Virus record (IMG/VR): IMGVR_UViG_2049941000_000098 | Direction: 5' to 3' (one strand) | DNA length: 30,487 nucleotides | Source: an uncultured virus (IMG/VR IMGVR_UViG_2049941000_000098) | Taxonomy: Duplodnaviria > Heunggongvirae > Uroviricota > Caudoviricetes | In this document: in pieces, positions 1 to 10,549 of the stretch | Numbering within the stretch: position 1 is the stretch's first letter | How the letters are laid out: every line of letters starts with the position of its first letter | Notes under the pieces: generated by a model | Told to the model about the DNA's origin: nothing | The model's input: the letters and a program-made list of their open reading frames with translations, nothing else | The model's database searches: none | Translations under genes and position numbers: made by a program

Positions 1-24
1 TTTGTTTTTTATGTATTCCAACAT
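1..24 (-). CDS. 5' end of a gene running off the left edge (MLEYIKKQ...)
   Basis: ATG at 22-24 with an A-rich leader, 25 nt downstream of a TATATTTG box. Confidence 0.5.
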
Positions 25-48
25 AATACGTCGTTTTTTATTTGTTCA

Positions 49-56
49 CAAATATA
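49..56 (-). promoter_or_regulatory. Bacteroidota-type -7 promoter box TATATTTG
   Basis: Matches TAnnTTTG; intergenic, directly after a terminator. Confidence 0.7.
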
Positions 57-78
57 CAATAAATTCATTACGGAATGA

Positions 79-113
79 AACAAAAAACACGAATCGGGTT
101 GCGGTTCGTGTTT
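79..113 (-). terminator. Intrinsic terminator after the SNF2 helicase
   Basis: AAACACGAACCG-CAACC-CGATTCGTGTTT stem followed by a T run. Confidence 0.75.
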
Positions 114-153
114 ATAATGTGAATCAAAACNNNNNNNNNNACTTATACAAATT

Positions 154-1660
154 TTATCGTTTCCACAATAACATTTTCCGTACTACGTCCAACGTCTGTT
201 TTTCGTTGATGACGTTCTTATAGTCGGGTGGTACGTTCATTTCCTCCCCCTGTGTGATTTCCATCTGTGCGCATTTCGACGACACCATCACCATTTTGTA
301 TTCATCGATGTTGCGGCTTCGGAAAATCCAACAATTCAAATCGTCGGGGTACAACGTGTTCTTACGGGTTATCCTTCCCACCAACTGAACGAATATGTGC
401 GGAACGGTCGGTATGTGAAAAAAAACCACATTATTGAAAAAGTAATACGACACCGATTCGGACGAAGCCCGTGTCCCGAATATCACATACGGACGTTCCC
501 GTGCGCCCTGTTCCGTCACAACACCGTCCTTTATCACGTCCGACCCCGTAGATTTAAGAAACGTCACGTCCAAACCCAATTCGCCCAAACGTTTTTCCGC
601 CGCTTCCAACGAACACAGATAATCGAAATACACAATCAGGGATTGTCGTTTTCCGACAATATCACGTATCAAATCCATCAACATATCCATTTTGACACCG
701 CCCCGACCGTCCTGTGTTCCGTTTTCCGTCAACACCCCGTCCGCCGCCGATTGCAGATATATGAACCGTGACGAATGCGCGTTGATGTCCTTTATGTGCC
801 GCACCTCGGGCGCGCAAACCGTTTCTTCTTCCAACACCGACTGCAACCATTCGTCGTCATCGTCACCGTCAAGGGTTATCCCGTTCGCGATTTTCCTGTA
901 AATCGCCGATTCCGATTCCGACAGTATGTAATCCACATAGTGAAACTTAACCGTCAGGAACGATTCGCCCGTTATCACAACGGGTTGGATTTTCGCGCGG
1001 AACGCGTCGGGGTTTTTTATCCCGACTATCTCAATCGCTTTTTTCAGCGATTTGTCGGGGTTGCGTCCGATAACCTTTTCGACGGTCTTACAGTACGTGT
1101 CGCGGAAATGTACGAATCCGCCCAAAAACCACGGTTTCACCAAATTGATGATATTGTATGTGTCAACCAACGAACGGGAAAGGGTCGTACCCGTGATTCC
1201 CCAAAACAACTGTGTATTTTCTATACAATAACNNNNNNNNNNACGCGTGAATCTCGTCAACGACAACCAATGTCTTGGGGTCGGAACAAACCACGCGCAA
1301 CGTTTCGTAGTCCTGTTTAAGGTGTGTGTGTTTGCAATATATGACATCGTGTTTCTTCAATGCGTCGGGGGACTCCGATTTTACGGAATCAAAATCCGCA
1401 CACGACAGTTTGGTAAATTTGTCGATGTCTTTCGCCCACACCCGTTTTGTGTACGCGTTCAACGGGGTGAACACAATCATTCGGTCGGCGAACCCTTTTT
1501 CTTTCAGGTAACAGAATGAATACAACGTTGACAGGGATTTCCCGCTACCCACATGGTCGGTCAGCAACGCACGGCGCATCGTCACCAAACGTTTAACGTT
1601 CGCCTTTTGGTTGTCGAACAGCGTGAACCCGTCCTTCAAGTATATTTGGTTAAATGCCAT
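154..1660 (-). CDS. SNF2-like superfamily 2 helicase (one gene, frame broken by the N gap at 1233-1242)
   Basis: LLTDHVGSGKS (motif I), VVVDEIH (motif II), GITGT (motif III), QLVGRITR (motif VI); joins ORFs 1163..1660 and 154..1347. Confidence 0.85.
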
Positions 1661-1838
1661 TTTCTTCCTCCCGTTGTTTTGCTTCTTTGTAAAAATGAAA
1701 CAGGATGACCGATATTGTCCCGTACATCACACCCTCGCCCAACGCGTGCATTTTGTCGATGTACAAACCGTAAATCACAATCGCAACCGCACCTATCGCG
1801 GTTAAAACCCCAAGAATCAAATGAATGTACTTTTCCAT
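1650..1838 (-). CDS. Small membrane protein with two TM helices
   Basis: 62 aa, two hydrophobic stretches and a charged tail; overlaps the helicase start. Confidence 0.7.
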   Translation of the reverse strand: MEKYIHLILGVLTAIGAVAIVIYGLYIDKMHALGEGVMYGTISVILFHFYKEAKQREEENGI

Positions 1839-1860
1839 AACTGTATATTTTATGTGTTTT

Positions 1861-1903
1861 GTGTCACTATTGACGCGACAAATATATAAATTATTTTAAT
1901 ATT
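1861..1903 (-). promoter_or_regulatory. Promoter (TATATTTG 1879-1886) with downstream AUAG-loop hairpin (1861-1876)
   Basis: CAATATTAAAATAATTTATATATTTG is nearly identical to the promoter at 3537-3562; followed by GCGTCA-ATAG-TGACAC. Confidence 0.75.
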
Positions 1904-1929
1904 GATACATTGTCGGGTGTTTTTTTTAC

Positions 1930-1960
1930 AAAAAAAACAAGGCGGTGTGTTCCGCCGCCC
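1930..1960 (-). terminator. Intrinsic terminator
   Basis: GGCGG...CCGCC stem followed by TTGTTTTTTTT. Confidence 0.7.
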
Positions 1961-2020
1961 CATCTTCCCCCAATCGAAATATGTGTTTATGATACTTCAA
2001 CACGTTGTCACGCAAACATA
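1930..2020 (-). ncRNA. Candidate ~80 nt small RNA with its promoter box
   Basis: TATGTTTG box at 2013-2020, a short stretch with no credible ORF, then the terminator at 1930-1960. Confidence 0.35.
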
Positions 2021-2194
2021 TTCAGCGGTATGCTGAATATAAACCGCAACAACGCCAATGTCAACAATGGTTTAGTTATCAATTTGACAACACTGCACGC
2101 GATATTGTTAATTCGTCTAATCATGTCAACCCACCGTTTTAGTAGTTTATTTTTGCAAATAAAACAAAAAATCAAATACAAACAAACAGCGACG

Positions 2195-2356
2195 TTATTT
2201 TTTCCGTTTCGTTCGTTCGATGTATATGTCAAAGTTTTTAGGGTTGTTTTCCCCGATGACGCGACAGAATACTTCCCAAATCGGGTTGAAAGTCCCGACG
2301 GTCGCGTTTTCCATACGCCGAACCAAATCGGCTATTATAATTTGCTTTCCTGTCAT
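2195..2356 (-). CDS. Hypothetical protein, 53 aa (MTGKQIIIADLVRRMEN...)
   Basis: Translated by hand; ATG to TAA, co-oriented with neighbours. Confidence 0.55.
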   Translation of the reverse strand: MTGKQIIIADLVRRMENATVGTFNPIWEVFCRVIGENNPKNFDIYIERTKRKK

Positions 2357-2447
2357 AATGTCATAGATTCAAATAATACGGGCATTCGTTTGATTCTCGT
2401 TTCGTTTTTAAAAACAATTTGAACATTGCAACCATAACAACGCTGTT

Positions 2448-2666
2448 TTAACCCAACCCCGCGTGCCATTCCTCGTTGCGGTACGCGCGGACAGCCTGAT
2501 GGTGCGCCTCGTCAGCGCGTTCCGTATCACCGTTTTCGGTCAATAGGTGTTCCGCCCACGACCATTTGTCACTGTTGTTCCCGAATACATTGTCACCCGT
2601 CTTACGTATCGTATCAACGGCGTGAATCGCGTCTTGTAATTCCATATCTACTGTATTTAACGACAA
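2448..2666 (-). CDS. Hypothetical protein
   Basis: ORF in the co-oriented run; true start may be the ATG of MELQD. Confidence 0.65.
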   Translation of the reverse strand: MSLNTVDMELQDAIHAVDTIRKTGDNVFGNNSDKWSWAEHLLTENGDTERADEAHHQAVRAYRNEEWHAGLG

Positions 2667-2848
2667 GGTGCAACTTCCCTAAACTCAAATTTGTCACAAA
2701 TCACATGAAATCTTAAATCCATGTCGGGCATTTGATTACCCTTATTCCGTGCCGCGTCATCCAATGATTTGTACAACGGGCATTCCTTTTTGTTCCCGTA
2801 ATATTCACATGCCGCGCAATACGCGTTGGGGTTGATTGACATTTCCAT
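2657..2848 (-). CDS. Small Cys-rich hypothetical protein
   Basis: CxxC...C...C pattern; A-rich leader. Confidence 0.65.
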   Translation of the reverse strand: MEMSINPNAYCAACEYYGNKKECPLYKSLDDAARNKGNQMPDMDLRFHVICDKFEFREVAPCR

Positions 2849-2859
2849 ATCCGTATTTT

Positions 2860-3015
2860 TTATTTGTTTAACCTGTTTTGAATCTTTGACAAACTTACCG
2901 ATGTTTTCATCTTACCGTTGTCCCAATAGAAGAAACGGTTTCGGAAACGGTCGAAAAATATGTCCGTACCGTTGATNNNNNNNNNNTTGTAAATGTTTTC
3001 GCGTGTGTCTAACAT
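2860..3015 (-). CDS. Small hypothetical protein spanning an N gap (MLDTRENIY...QNRLNK)
   Basis: Hand translation on both sides of the gap; fills the intergenic space. Confidence 0.5.
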   Translation of the reverse strand: MLDTRENIYXXXXINGTDIFFDRFRNRFFYWDNGKMKTSVSLSKIQNRLNK

Positions 3016-3034
3016 AGTTGTATTTTTTTAGTGG

Positions 3035-3490
3035 TTAAAAATCCGATTCCTTACATCCGTAATACGACATTTCGTTGTACACGAACTCTGTTTCAAAATC
3101 CTTTTCAAAATATTTCAGGAAATAAACCATTTTCTCACCGTCGTACACTTTTGCGTCACCCATCACGTCAAACAGATAGGTGTACGCGCCACTACCCATT
3201 CGGGACGCGTCCCTGTACCTTATGATACCGCCTTTGAATTTGACTTTGTACCCGTCGAAATCCAAATCAAAAATCACCGCGTGATTCTGTTCGGATATAT
3301 CCTCAAGTTCAAACCCTTCGGTTATGTCCGAAATTCGGTCTGTGATACATTCCTTTAATCTTTTTTCGTCAATCACGGGTGTCGGTTTAACCAAGTTCTC
3401 CATATAACCGTTCATGTGAAATTCCTTTCCCGTCCCCGACATCCTGCCGTATTCGTGGCGAATCCGCGCCAATTCATCTTCGTTTTTCAT
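3035..3490 (-). CDS. Hypothetical protein
   Basis: 151 aa ORF with A-rich leader, first gene after a promoter. Confidence 0.75.
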   Translation of the reverse strand: MKNEDELARIRHEYGRMSGTGKEFHMNGYMENLVKPTPVIDEKRLKECITDRISDITEGFELEDISEQNHAVIFDLDFDGYKVKFKGGIIRYRDASRMGSGAYTYLFDVMGDAKVYDGEKMVYFLKYFEKDFETEFVYNEMSYYGCKESDF

Positions 3491-3511
3491 TTTTTTAAGT
3501 TTTTAAGTCAT

Positions 3512-3566
3512 CCGCCACACTATTGTAACGGTGTTGCAAATATATAAATAATTTTAATATTGCAAA
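3512..3566 (-). promoter_or_regulatory. Promoter (TTTG 3563-3566, TATATTTG 3537-3544) with AUAG-loop hairpin (3512-3531)
   Basis: Both Bacteroidota -33 and -7 elements present; CCGTTACA-ATAG-TGTGGCGG follows. Confidence 0.8.
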
Positions 3567-3574
3567 CATTACCG

Positions 3575-3772
3575 CTAAAATTTTATCGGGCGGTTCGGAT
3601 TTTCAAAAACGATTTCGTCGGCGTTGAATCGGAATCCGTTACTGAACACGATTGTTATATGTTTGTTGTCAACATAGAAGCCCGACACTGTGTTCAGGTC
3701 AAGCGTCATCTTGGACGCGCCGCACACGGCGTAGGCGTTCTTGTTGAAAACCTTTGGTGTGTTTTTACTCAT
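3575..3772 (-). CDS. Hypothetical protein
   Basis: 65 aa ORF overlapping the upstream stop. Confidence 0.65.
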   Translation of the reverse strand: MSKNTPKVFNKNAYAVCGASKMTLDLNTVSGFYVDNKHITIVFSNGFRFNADEIVFENPNRPIKF

Positions 3773-4150
3773 CTTTCTCCAAAGATAGAAACATATACAA
3801 CTGTTGCAACGTCAAAGGCATGCACGCGGTTTCCTCGACGGTACGCATAAACGCGTCGTCCACAACCACGTTGTTTTGTTTCGCCTGTTCCGCCAATCGT
3901 TTCAGCGCGTCCTCACGTCTGTTTTCCTGTTCGACCGCCGATTCGATTCGTTTGCNNNNNNNNNNNNNNNNNNNNNNNNNNNNNNNNNNNNNNNNNNNNN
4001 NNNNNNNNNNNNNNNAAACACACCCTTCAAACCGTCATTCAGGTACAACCGATATTGGTATCGGCTGATACCCGAAAAACGTTGGAGTGCGCCGATTCCG
4101 CACGGCACACCCTTAAACGTTCTTAATCCTTTGTATTTCAATTTCAACAT
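3765..4150 (-). CDS. Hypothetical protein spanning an N gap
   Basis: MLKLKYKG... before the gap; after it the frame KRIESAVEQENRR...LEKDE* fits best. Confidence 0.6.
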
Positions 4151-4153
4151 AAT

Positions 4154-5053
4154 TCAATCCTTTCTAAAAGTTAATATGTTTTGGTGGATTTTAACCAATT
4201 TACCCGATTTCATATTACCGCCCGCACGAAGTCCCGCTGTCACCAAACTTGTTGCCAACACCGCGTCGTTGTAAAACTTCATGCCCTCGATACCCTGCAT
4301 GAATTTAACCGTGTCGGCGACGAAACCACGGTAATTACCCTTGTTGTCGCGTATCTCCCCGACAACCACAATCGCCGTGCCGCCGTGTTTCAATTGTGCG
4401 CACGCCTTCGACATTATCGATTCAAACGCCTTTATGAATTTCGGGTATTCCATGTTGGAAATGTCACCGTCCAAATCGGAATAAACCTCCAAATCCGCGT
4501 ACGGGGGACATGTGAACACCATGTCGAATTGACCCAAATTGTCGTCCAAAACAATGTTGCTATCGCCCGTAATCCATTTCGGCATGTTGCCCGCGCCCAA
4601 TATCTTGACCGCCTGTTCGTTGTTTGAATCGATTTGTTCCTGACGGATGTCGATACCCGTGTACTTGTAACCGAGATAATGCGCCACGATACCGCGAACT
4701 GAACCGCCCGCAAACGGGTCGAGAATCGTTCCGTTGACGGGGCAAAACCATCGGTACATCAATTCGCACAACACGGGGTCGAATATCGACGTGTCGGATT
4801 GCAACGCCGTGCGTTTGTCTAACGCGCCTTCTTCGGATTTTTTGTTCACCCAATCCTTCATGTTGTACGTTGTCGCGTCACGTCCTTCTTCGGATTTGAT
4901 ACCAAGTCCAATCCACATTTTCTTACGGGCTTGCCACATCGAATCCTTCGTGTCGAGAATGGTGAAGGGGTTCGCACCGCCGAAATCACGTTTCAAGTCA
5001 TTTTTCTGTTCGACCTCGTTGCCGAACAAATCCAATTGTACGTATTTATCCAT
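4154..5053 (-). CDS. DNA amino-methyltransferase (N6A/N4C fold)
   Basis: SAM-binding ILDPFAGGS, GIDI, then catalytic-type FTCPPY. Confidence 0.85.
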   Translation of the reverse strand: MDKYVQLDLFGNEVEQKNDLKRDFGGANPFTILDTKDSMWQARKKMWIGLGIKSEEGRDATTYNMKDWVNKKSEEGALDKRTALQSDTSIFDPVLCELMYRWFCPVNGTILDPFAGGSVRGIVAHYLGYKYTGIDIRQEQIDSNNEQAVKILGAGNMPKWITGDSNIVLDDNLGQFDMVFTCPPYADLEVYSDLDGDISNMEYPKFIKAFESIMSKACAQLKHGGTAIVVVGEIRDNKGNYRGFVADTVKFMQGIEGMKFYNDAVLATSLVTAGLRAGGNMKSGKLVKIHQNILTFRKD

Positions 5054-5055
5054 GA

Positions 5056-6157
5056 TTACATACTTTTTAGCACCAACGGCATGATTAACATTGTCGAACG
5101 TTCGCGCAATTCGGTCAACGGTTTGATGACAATTGCGTTCCGCGAACTTTTGAACGAAAATTCAAATTCTTCATCGTCCACCGCCTGAATCAACGCGACA
5201 ACATTGCGCGAATTGACCCCGACAGATATTTGTTCGCCGACATATTTGCATTCGAGTTTTTCCTTCGCCAACTTACCGAACATCGCGTCTTCCGCTTCGA
5301 TAATAAGATTGTTTGTCCCGAACGTCATCTTCAACAATTCGTCCTTTTCACTACCCATCGGGGAAACGCGTTTGATTGCGTTCAACATCGATTCCTTGTT
5401 CACAATCGCGGACAATGTGTTGTCGGTCGGGATGAGCATGTCGTAATTCGGGTATGTATGTTCCGACAAACGGGTTGTCATGGTGAAACATTCACCTTTG
5501 AACAACACCGTTCTGTCACCGACCTTCATGTTCACCGAATCTTCCGCTTCCATCAACGATGTCAATATGTGCGCACTTTTCTTTTGTATTGTGAATCCCG
5601 GGGTGTCTTCGTCGGTTTTAATGTTCGTGACAAACTTTGACATCTTGTTCGCGTCGGTCGCGACCGCCACCATTCCGCNNNNNNNNNNNNNNNNNNNNNN
5701 NNNNNNNNNNNNNNNNNNNNNNNNNNGGACAAATCCGCCGCGTTAATATCCCTTTCGATGTGATATTCGTCGTCTTGGATTTTCAGAACGGCACTTGACA
5801 TTTCGTCGTATTCATACGGGATTTGAAAATACCCGCTTTTGTATTGACAACGCATCAGGTGTTTTTCCTCGTTCAATACGATATTTATTTCCTCACCGCG
5901 CAGATTCGACAACGCCTTGAAAAAATCGTTGGCGTTCACACAAACACACAGGTCGGAGTATTCCGTAGGTTCTACAGAAACCGAAACGGTGTTCTCACCG
6001 TCACTTGCGTTGATATACAATTTACNNNNNNNNNNTACAATTTACCATTGTCCGTGTGTAAAAGAAAATCACCCTGAATGGGAATCACGGTTTTGGCGTT
6101 CACAACCGAATTAACCAATGCCAATTTCGGTAAAAATGTGTCTGAATTTAGTTTCAT
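5056..6157 (-). CDS. dnaN: DNA polymerase III beta sliding clamp (broken by two N gaps)
   Basis: N-terminal VVNAKTVIPI, ASDGE, VATDA, YPNYDMLIP, C-terminal LIMPL; total length about 367 codons. Confidence 0.9.
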
Positions 6158-6179
6158 GTTTTTGATTTTAAATTATTTG

Positions 6180-6626
6180 TTAAAACTCTGTTTCCGATTT
6201 TTTGACGTACCCGTACGATTCCACAAGGTCTTCGTTGGTGAACAACACGTCGGCGACCAAACCGCGGTCATACACCTCCTGAACCACATCCGTATCTTTC
6301 AATAAATTGCGGTCGAAAAATTCCTTCGCGACATCCGCGTCCGTCAACGTTTCGACGGGTTTCACGGTGTTCGACATGTTTTCCATCACCATTTGCGAAA
6401 ATGTTTTCGCGGTGTTGATTGCCCAGTGCATACATTCGGAATTTGACAAATTGGAATCATGCAATTTCATAATCAATAGTTTTTCCGCCACGGATTTGAA
6501 TATTTCGCGGCGTTCCAACTCTTCGCGTACCGCCAATTCATTGTTCAGGTTGTCAACCGTGTTTCCGATACGTTGCAACCCATCTTTGATTTGTTTTTCA
6601 ATTTTGCCTTTCATCGTAATAAACAT
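6180..6626 (-). CDS. Hypothetical protein with N-terminal coiled coil
   Basis: 148 aa ORF; probable start MKGKIEK. Confidence 0.7.
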   Translation of the reverse strand: MFITMKGKIEKQIKDGLQRIGNTVDNLNNELAVREELERREIFKSVAEKLLIMKLHDSNLSNSECMHWAINTAKTFSQMVMENMSNTVKPVETLTDADVAKEFFDRNLLKDTDVVQEVYDRGLVADVLFTNEDLVESYGYVKKSETEF

Positions 6627-6984
6627 ATTTAAGTGCTGTAATCAATCCGTCACAAGCCGCGTCTTCGTATGTGTCGAAATGTCGTTTTTCCAACCCCCGA
6701 CGTTCAACCCAACCGCTTTCGATTGAAAAATGTTTGATTGTGTATGTGAACCCGTCACCGAATGTCGTTATTTCGACGAACGTGTCCCGTTCGTTCCGCA
6801 ACCATTTCATCGCCGATTGCATTGTCGGGGCGGAACATGTGTCGGACGCTTCGAACAATTTGTTGTAACTGTAACTTTGCAACAACATACATTGCCCGTT
6901 CATATAAACGCCCTTACACGGTTCGTTGAACCCGTGTTGTTTCAACGTCTGTGCCGCGATATATGGTACATAATCCTCGTTCAT
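6598..6984 (-). CDS. Phage protein, APT-x5-WLR family, paralog 1
   Basis: EDYVP..AQTLKQHGFNEPC...APTMQSAMKWLR, shared with the ORFs at 11442 and 12315. Confidence 0.8.
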   Translation of the reverse strand: MNEDYVPYIAAQTLKQHGFNEPCKGVYMNGQCMLLQSYSYNKLFEASDTCSAPTMQSAMKWLRNERDTFVEITTFGDGFTYTIKHFSIESGWVERRGLEKRHFDTYEDAACDGLITALKYVYYDERQN

Positions 6985-7328
6985 AATAAGATGTCCGCGT
7001 AAACGTTAATAGAATTGTCGTCCGAAAGTGGGTAATCATACATATCATCGGTGAAATTGACGGTAACGGGTTTACCACCACCGAGTGTTGCGTTGACATA
7101 CCGTTCCACATCACAAAGTATGACAAACGTGTCAGGTTCGTCATTACCGTTGTAAACATGTTCCAACAAACCGTCGTGGTTGTAAACCACACGTAACTTG
7201 TCAACCCTGNNNNNNNNNNGATAAATTCATCTTCCAGATGCTCCGATGATATATCTATCGTTATATCACCCGTGATTTCGAACACGTTCCGTTCAATCAC
7301 TTTGAAATTACAGTTGAACGCGATGCTT
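6981..7328 (-). CDS. Hypothetical acidic protein, 5' end in a gap
   Basis: Open frames on both sides of the 10-N gap; stop overlaps the next ATG. Confidence 0.55.
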
Positions 7329-7507
7329 NNNNNNNNNNNNNNNNNNNNNNNNNNNNNNNNNNNNNNNNNNNNNNNNNNNNNNNNNNNNNNNNNNNNNNNN
7401 NNNNNNNNNNNNNNNNNNNNNNNNNNNNNNNNNNNNNNNNNNNNNNNNNNNNNNNNNNNNNNNNNNNNNNNNNNNNNNNNNNNNNNNNNNNNNNNNNNNN
7501 NNNNNNN

Positions 7508-7943
7508 CAATTTTGAAGAAATCACGTTTTTGGTCTGTCGAACTGAATGACCGCAACAACCGCATAATCACCCTGTCTTCCTCGGACAACGTGTCCTCGT
7601 CGAACAGTTGGCGGTTTCCTTGCAACAACTTGCGGTATTCGGCGACCAACTGCAATTCCTTGTTGCTAATCGTATTGATGTATTGGAACATCAATTCGGG
7701 GTCGATTTCGTCGGCTTCCATCTGTCTTTCGACCTTTTTTATGAATTTTTCCGACATTTTCCCGCGCAATTCCTTTAACCGTTCCACGAACGACTTAACG
7801 TTGTCAAGTCCCGTCACGTATTCAATCGCCAATTGGGTGTTAATCATTTTCAGGGACAACCCGCGTTCTTCACGGCTTGCCGTCCCCTCGGCGATTTTCT
7901 GCGCTAAAATGTTTGCCGATTGTGTGTTGTTGTTATCCGCCAT
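7508..7943 (-). CDS. Helical hypothetical protein, 3' end in a gap
   Basis: MADNNNTQ... ORF with (ACA)n leader. Confidence 0.7.
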
Positions 7944-7960
7944 TGTTGTTGTTTTTGTTG

Positions 7961-8545
7961 TTATCCGTTCGACACCGCGTAAATCAATATACTTTCACGT
8001 AATTTTTCAACCTTTTCCGCTGTTTTTTCCGCGAACTTTTCCAATGTTCCCAAGTCGATGTTACCGTTGTCAACGTTCATACTTACGGTCTTTAAGTATG
8101 ACAGTTCCTTTGTCGCCATCATACTCATGACATAATTGCGAAAATAGATAAGACGGTCGCCTTGTAGATTGTCGATGTCCTCGATGTGTAGTTTGCGTTG
8201 GTACACGATTGACCCTGGGAATGTGCGCATAAACGCCTGTTTTGTTGAATGGTCGTATGACACTTTGACCTGTCGGTTGCCTTGAAATGGGAAATCGAGG
8301 TTGGCGTACAACACCGTAACCGTGTCTTCGGGCATTGGTGTCTGTAATCCCAACGCGTGTTTGTAATCGCGCACAACAATGTCGCTTGCCACATCCTCGA
8401 CGCACATTTCAATCAGCGCGTCAATATCCTCCAATGGTAGGGTGTGAACCATATCACCGCCCCAAATTGAAAATTCCTTTGGTACGGGATATTCCTTCCA
8501 TATCCTACTTTTGAATTGTTCCGATGCCTTTTTAGTTTCACTCAT
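7961..8545 (-). CDS. Possible head-tail adaptor / neck protein (T4 gp13-like)
   Basis: C-terminus YFRNYVMSMM...GNIDLGTLEKFAEK...EKLRESIL...G resembles the gp13 C-terminal pattern as I recall it. Confidence 0.4.
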   Translation of the reverse strand: MSETKKASEQFKSRIWKEYPVPKEFSIWGGDMVHTLPLEDIDALIEMCVEDVASDIVVRDYKHALGLQTPMPEDTVTVLYANLDFPFQGNRQVKVSYDHSTKQAFMRTFPGSIVYQRKLHIEDIDNLQGDRLIYFRNYVMSMMATKELSYLKTVSMNVDNGNIDLGTLEKFAEKTAEKVEKLRESILIYAVSNG

Positions 8546-8557
8546 AATACCGCAAAT

Positions 8558-9434
8558 TTATTTAAAATATTTATCACAAACAAAACCCTTTCGTGGCATG
8601 TACTCTTTGAATCCAACACTACTAAAAATGGCTTTTTGGTTGCACCATCGCGCCATGTCTTTTTGCCACTGCGGGGGTTGGCGAACACCCGTAAAATCCA
8701 AATATGGTTGTGCGAACGGTCGTAACAGTAATTTATCGTATGACCGTAATGTGTTTATGCGGTTATAACATTCGTTTATGTCGTCCGTCAAAAGCACATT
8801 CATGAAAACGCGCCCCTTATAACCGTATTTAACCAACAAATCACATGTGTTCAACAAATGCGGCAATTGCGCTGACGTGTCACATGCGAATCGGATATAT
8901 TCAAGCCACTTCACTTTTACCAATAATTGTGCGATTTCGGGTGTCACCAAACGACAATCCAAATCCTGATNNNNNNNNNNGTATGTTGTTATCCATAAGG
9001 ATTAACTTGTTGCGCCCGTCAACCGCAATTTCCTCGACATCCATGTACGGACGCAACGCCCCCTCGTTCTTCGGGACGATACACCATTTACAATGCCGAA
9101 TACAGCCCCGCGTAAGGAATCCGTATGCGGTTCGGTTGTCGATGGATTCGTAAATCGAATAATCGGGTTGCAATCTATCGATTTCAGGGGGTAATTTTTT
9201 CTCGTAATCACCGTACCCCGTGCCGCCACGTTCAATTTTATCGGCATTATTGATGACCTGATTGTAATCCGCCGTGAATGTGAAAACCTTTGACATGTAC
9301 ACAATGTCATAATGTTCAAACGGGGAATACCATTCTACAATGTCTCCTTGGTTTTTATAATAACGGGATATTTTCATTAACACAAGGTTGGGAAAATTAT
9401 GCCCGTCAACATCAATCAAACCGACATGCAACAT
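8558..9434 (-). CDS. Radical SAM protein (one gene, broken by the N gap at 8971-8980)
   Basis: TRGCIRHCKWC (CxxxCxxC), N-terminal FPNLVLMKIS, LMDNN, xDCRL, RFACD, ARWCN. Confidence 0.85.
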
Positions 9435-9437
9435 GAC

Positions 9438-9737
9438 TTACCTGATTCCCAATTTGTTCTTCGCATCCTCGACCATATCGTAGTTCGGTTTCGGCAATAC
9501 GAAACGCGGTTCGAGTTCCTTGTTCAACGCGTAATTCATAATTTTTAGGTCGTTGATTACGGGCGGCTTCGTCATGCAATCCAAACAATAAATCGAACAT
9601 GCCTTGAAAACCGCGTCGTCCCAATTCACCAACAACTGTTTGTGGGTCAAACGTGCGGATTCCATCGTCATTTTTCCGCATTTTTTACAATAAACCCGAA
9701 TCGCGTAAATCGGTTCTTTTTCCTTTTTCTTTGCCAT
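9438..9737 (-). CDS. Zn-binding hypothetical protein
   Basis: CKKC and CLDC pairs; start MAKKK. Confidence 0.7.
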   Translation of the reverse strand: MAKKKEKEPIYAIRVYCKKCGKMTMESARLTHKQLLVNWDDAVFKACSIYCLDCMTKPPVINDLKIMNYALNKELEPRFVLPKPNYDMVEDAKNKLGIR

Positions 9738-9738
9738 A

Positions 9739-9894
9739 TCACCCCATAATTTTGTTATCCACATTCGGTTTTGTAAGTGTGTACTGTGTCTTCGAGTCGG
9801 ACACACGGACGGTGTTTTCGACAACCCAACCGTCTTTTGTCAATTCCTTGATTTTCTTAAAATCGGAATTTTTGATAGTCAATACTTTCTGCAT
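9739..9894 (-). CDS. Hypothetical protein, 51 aa (MQKVLTIKNSDF...)
   Basis: Hand translation; exactly fills the space between neighbours. Confidence 0.6.
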   Translation of the reverse strand: MQKVLTIKNSDFKKIKELTKDGWVVENTVRVSDSKTQYTLTKPNVDNKIMG

Positions 9895-9897
9895 AAT

Positions 9898-10149
9898 TCA
9901 ATAGATTATTTTGTTTTTAGACGTTTTCTTTAATTCTTTCTTTATCAGTTTGTTAATAGTTTTATCGTCAAACACGAATAAATCCAACGCGGACATTATC
10001 TTTTCGATTCTCATAACACAGTCGTAACTACTCATATTCTCGATGTAATCACGAACCTTGTTGAACGATATACCCGTTTTGACGGCAATGTCCGCATACG
10101 ACATCTTCAACAATTTCATTTGTTGTATAATCAACATTTTTAACAACAT
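9898..10149 (-). CDS. XRE-like helix-turn-helix protein
   Basis: MSYADIAVKTGISFNKVRDY pattern. Confidence 0.6.
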   Translation of the reverse strand: MLLKMLIIQQMKLLKMSYADIAVKTGISFNKVRDYIENMSSYDCVMRIEKIMSALDLFVFDDKTINKLIKKELKKTSKNKIIY

Positions 10150-10156
10150 ACGTATA

Positions 10157-10549
10157 TCAGTCTTTATTGCGACTTAACGCGCGGTTCAACAAATCCTTGT
10201 CTGTGTAAGCGTTACCAACGACATGGAATTTCAGTTCCGCAGACAAATCGTTTATCGTATCGAATCGGACATTGCTGTTCAACAGGTAATATTGACCGCA
10301 ACGTGTGTCATATTTGACGACATAGTAATATTCGTCCTTTCCGAACGCGATTTTGATAATGTCATTCTCGAACACCTCAAACCCGTTCGCGTCTGTGATA
10401 CGTGAACCGACGCACACAGTGTCATGTCGAACCCTTTGTTGGTATTCGATGACGTATGGTGAATTAACGATATAATCATAGTCGCCATCAGGGATGATTC
10501 CATGTCCCTCAACCCATTCGCCGTTATTGTTCAATCCTTTGAATTTCAT
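10157..10549 (-). CDS. YopX family protein
   Basis: KFKG...GEWVEG, DANGFEVFENDII, VVGNAY. Confidence 0.8.
   Translation of the reverse strand: MKFKGLNNNGEWVEGHGIIPDGDYDYIVNSPYVIEYQQRVRHDTVCVGSRITDANGFEVFENDIIKIAFGKDEYYYVVKYDTRCGQYYLLNSNVRFDTINDLSAELKFHVVGNAYTDKDLLNRALSRNKD

Noticed and set aside
1233..8980. Programmed frameshifts or pseudogenes in the helicase, dnaN and radical SAM genes
   Set aside because: Frame changes fall exactly at placeholder gaps of arbitrary length.
9755..9763. Perfect DnaA box TTATCCACA (another at 21060-21068)
   Set aside because: Isolated, inside coding sequence and not clustered; compatible with chance.
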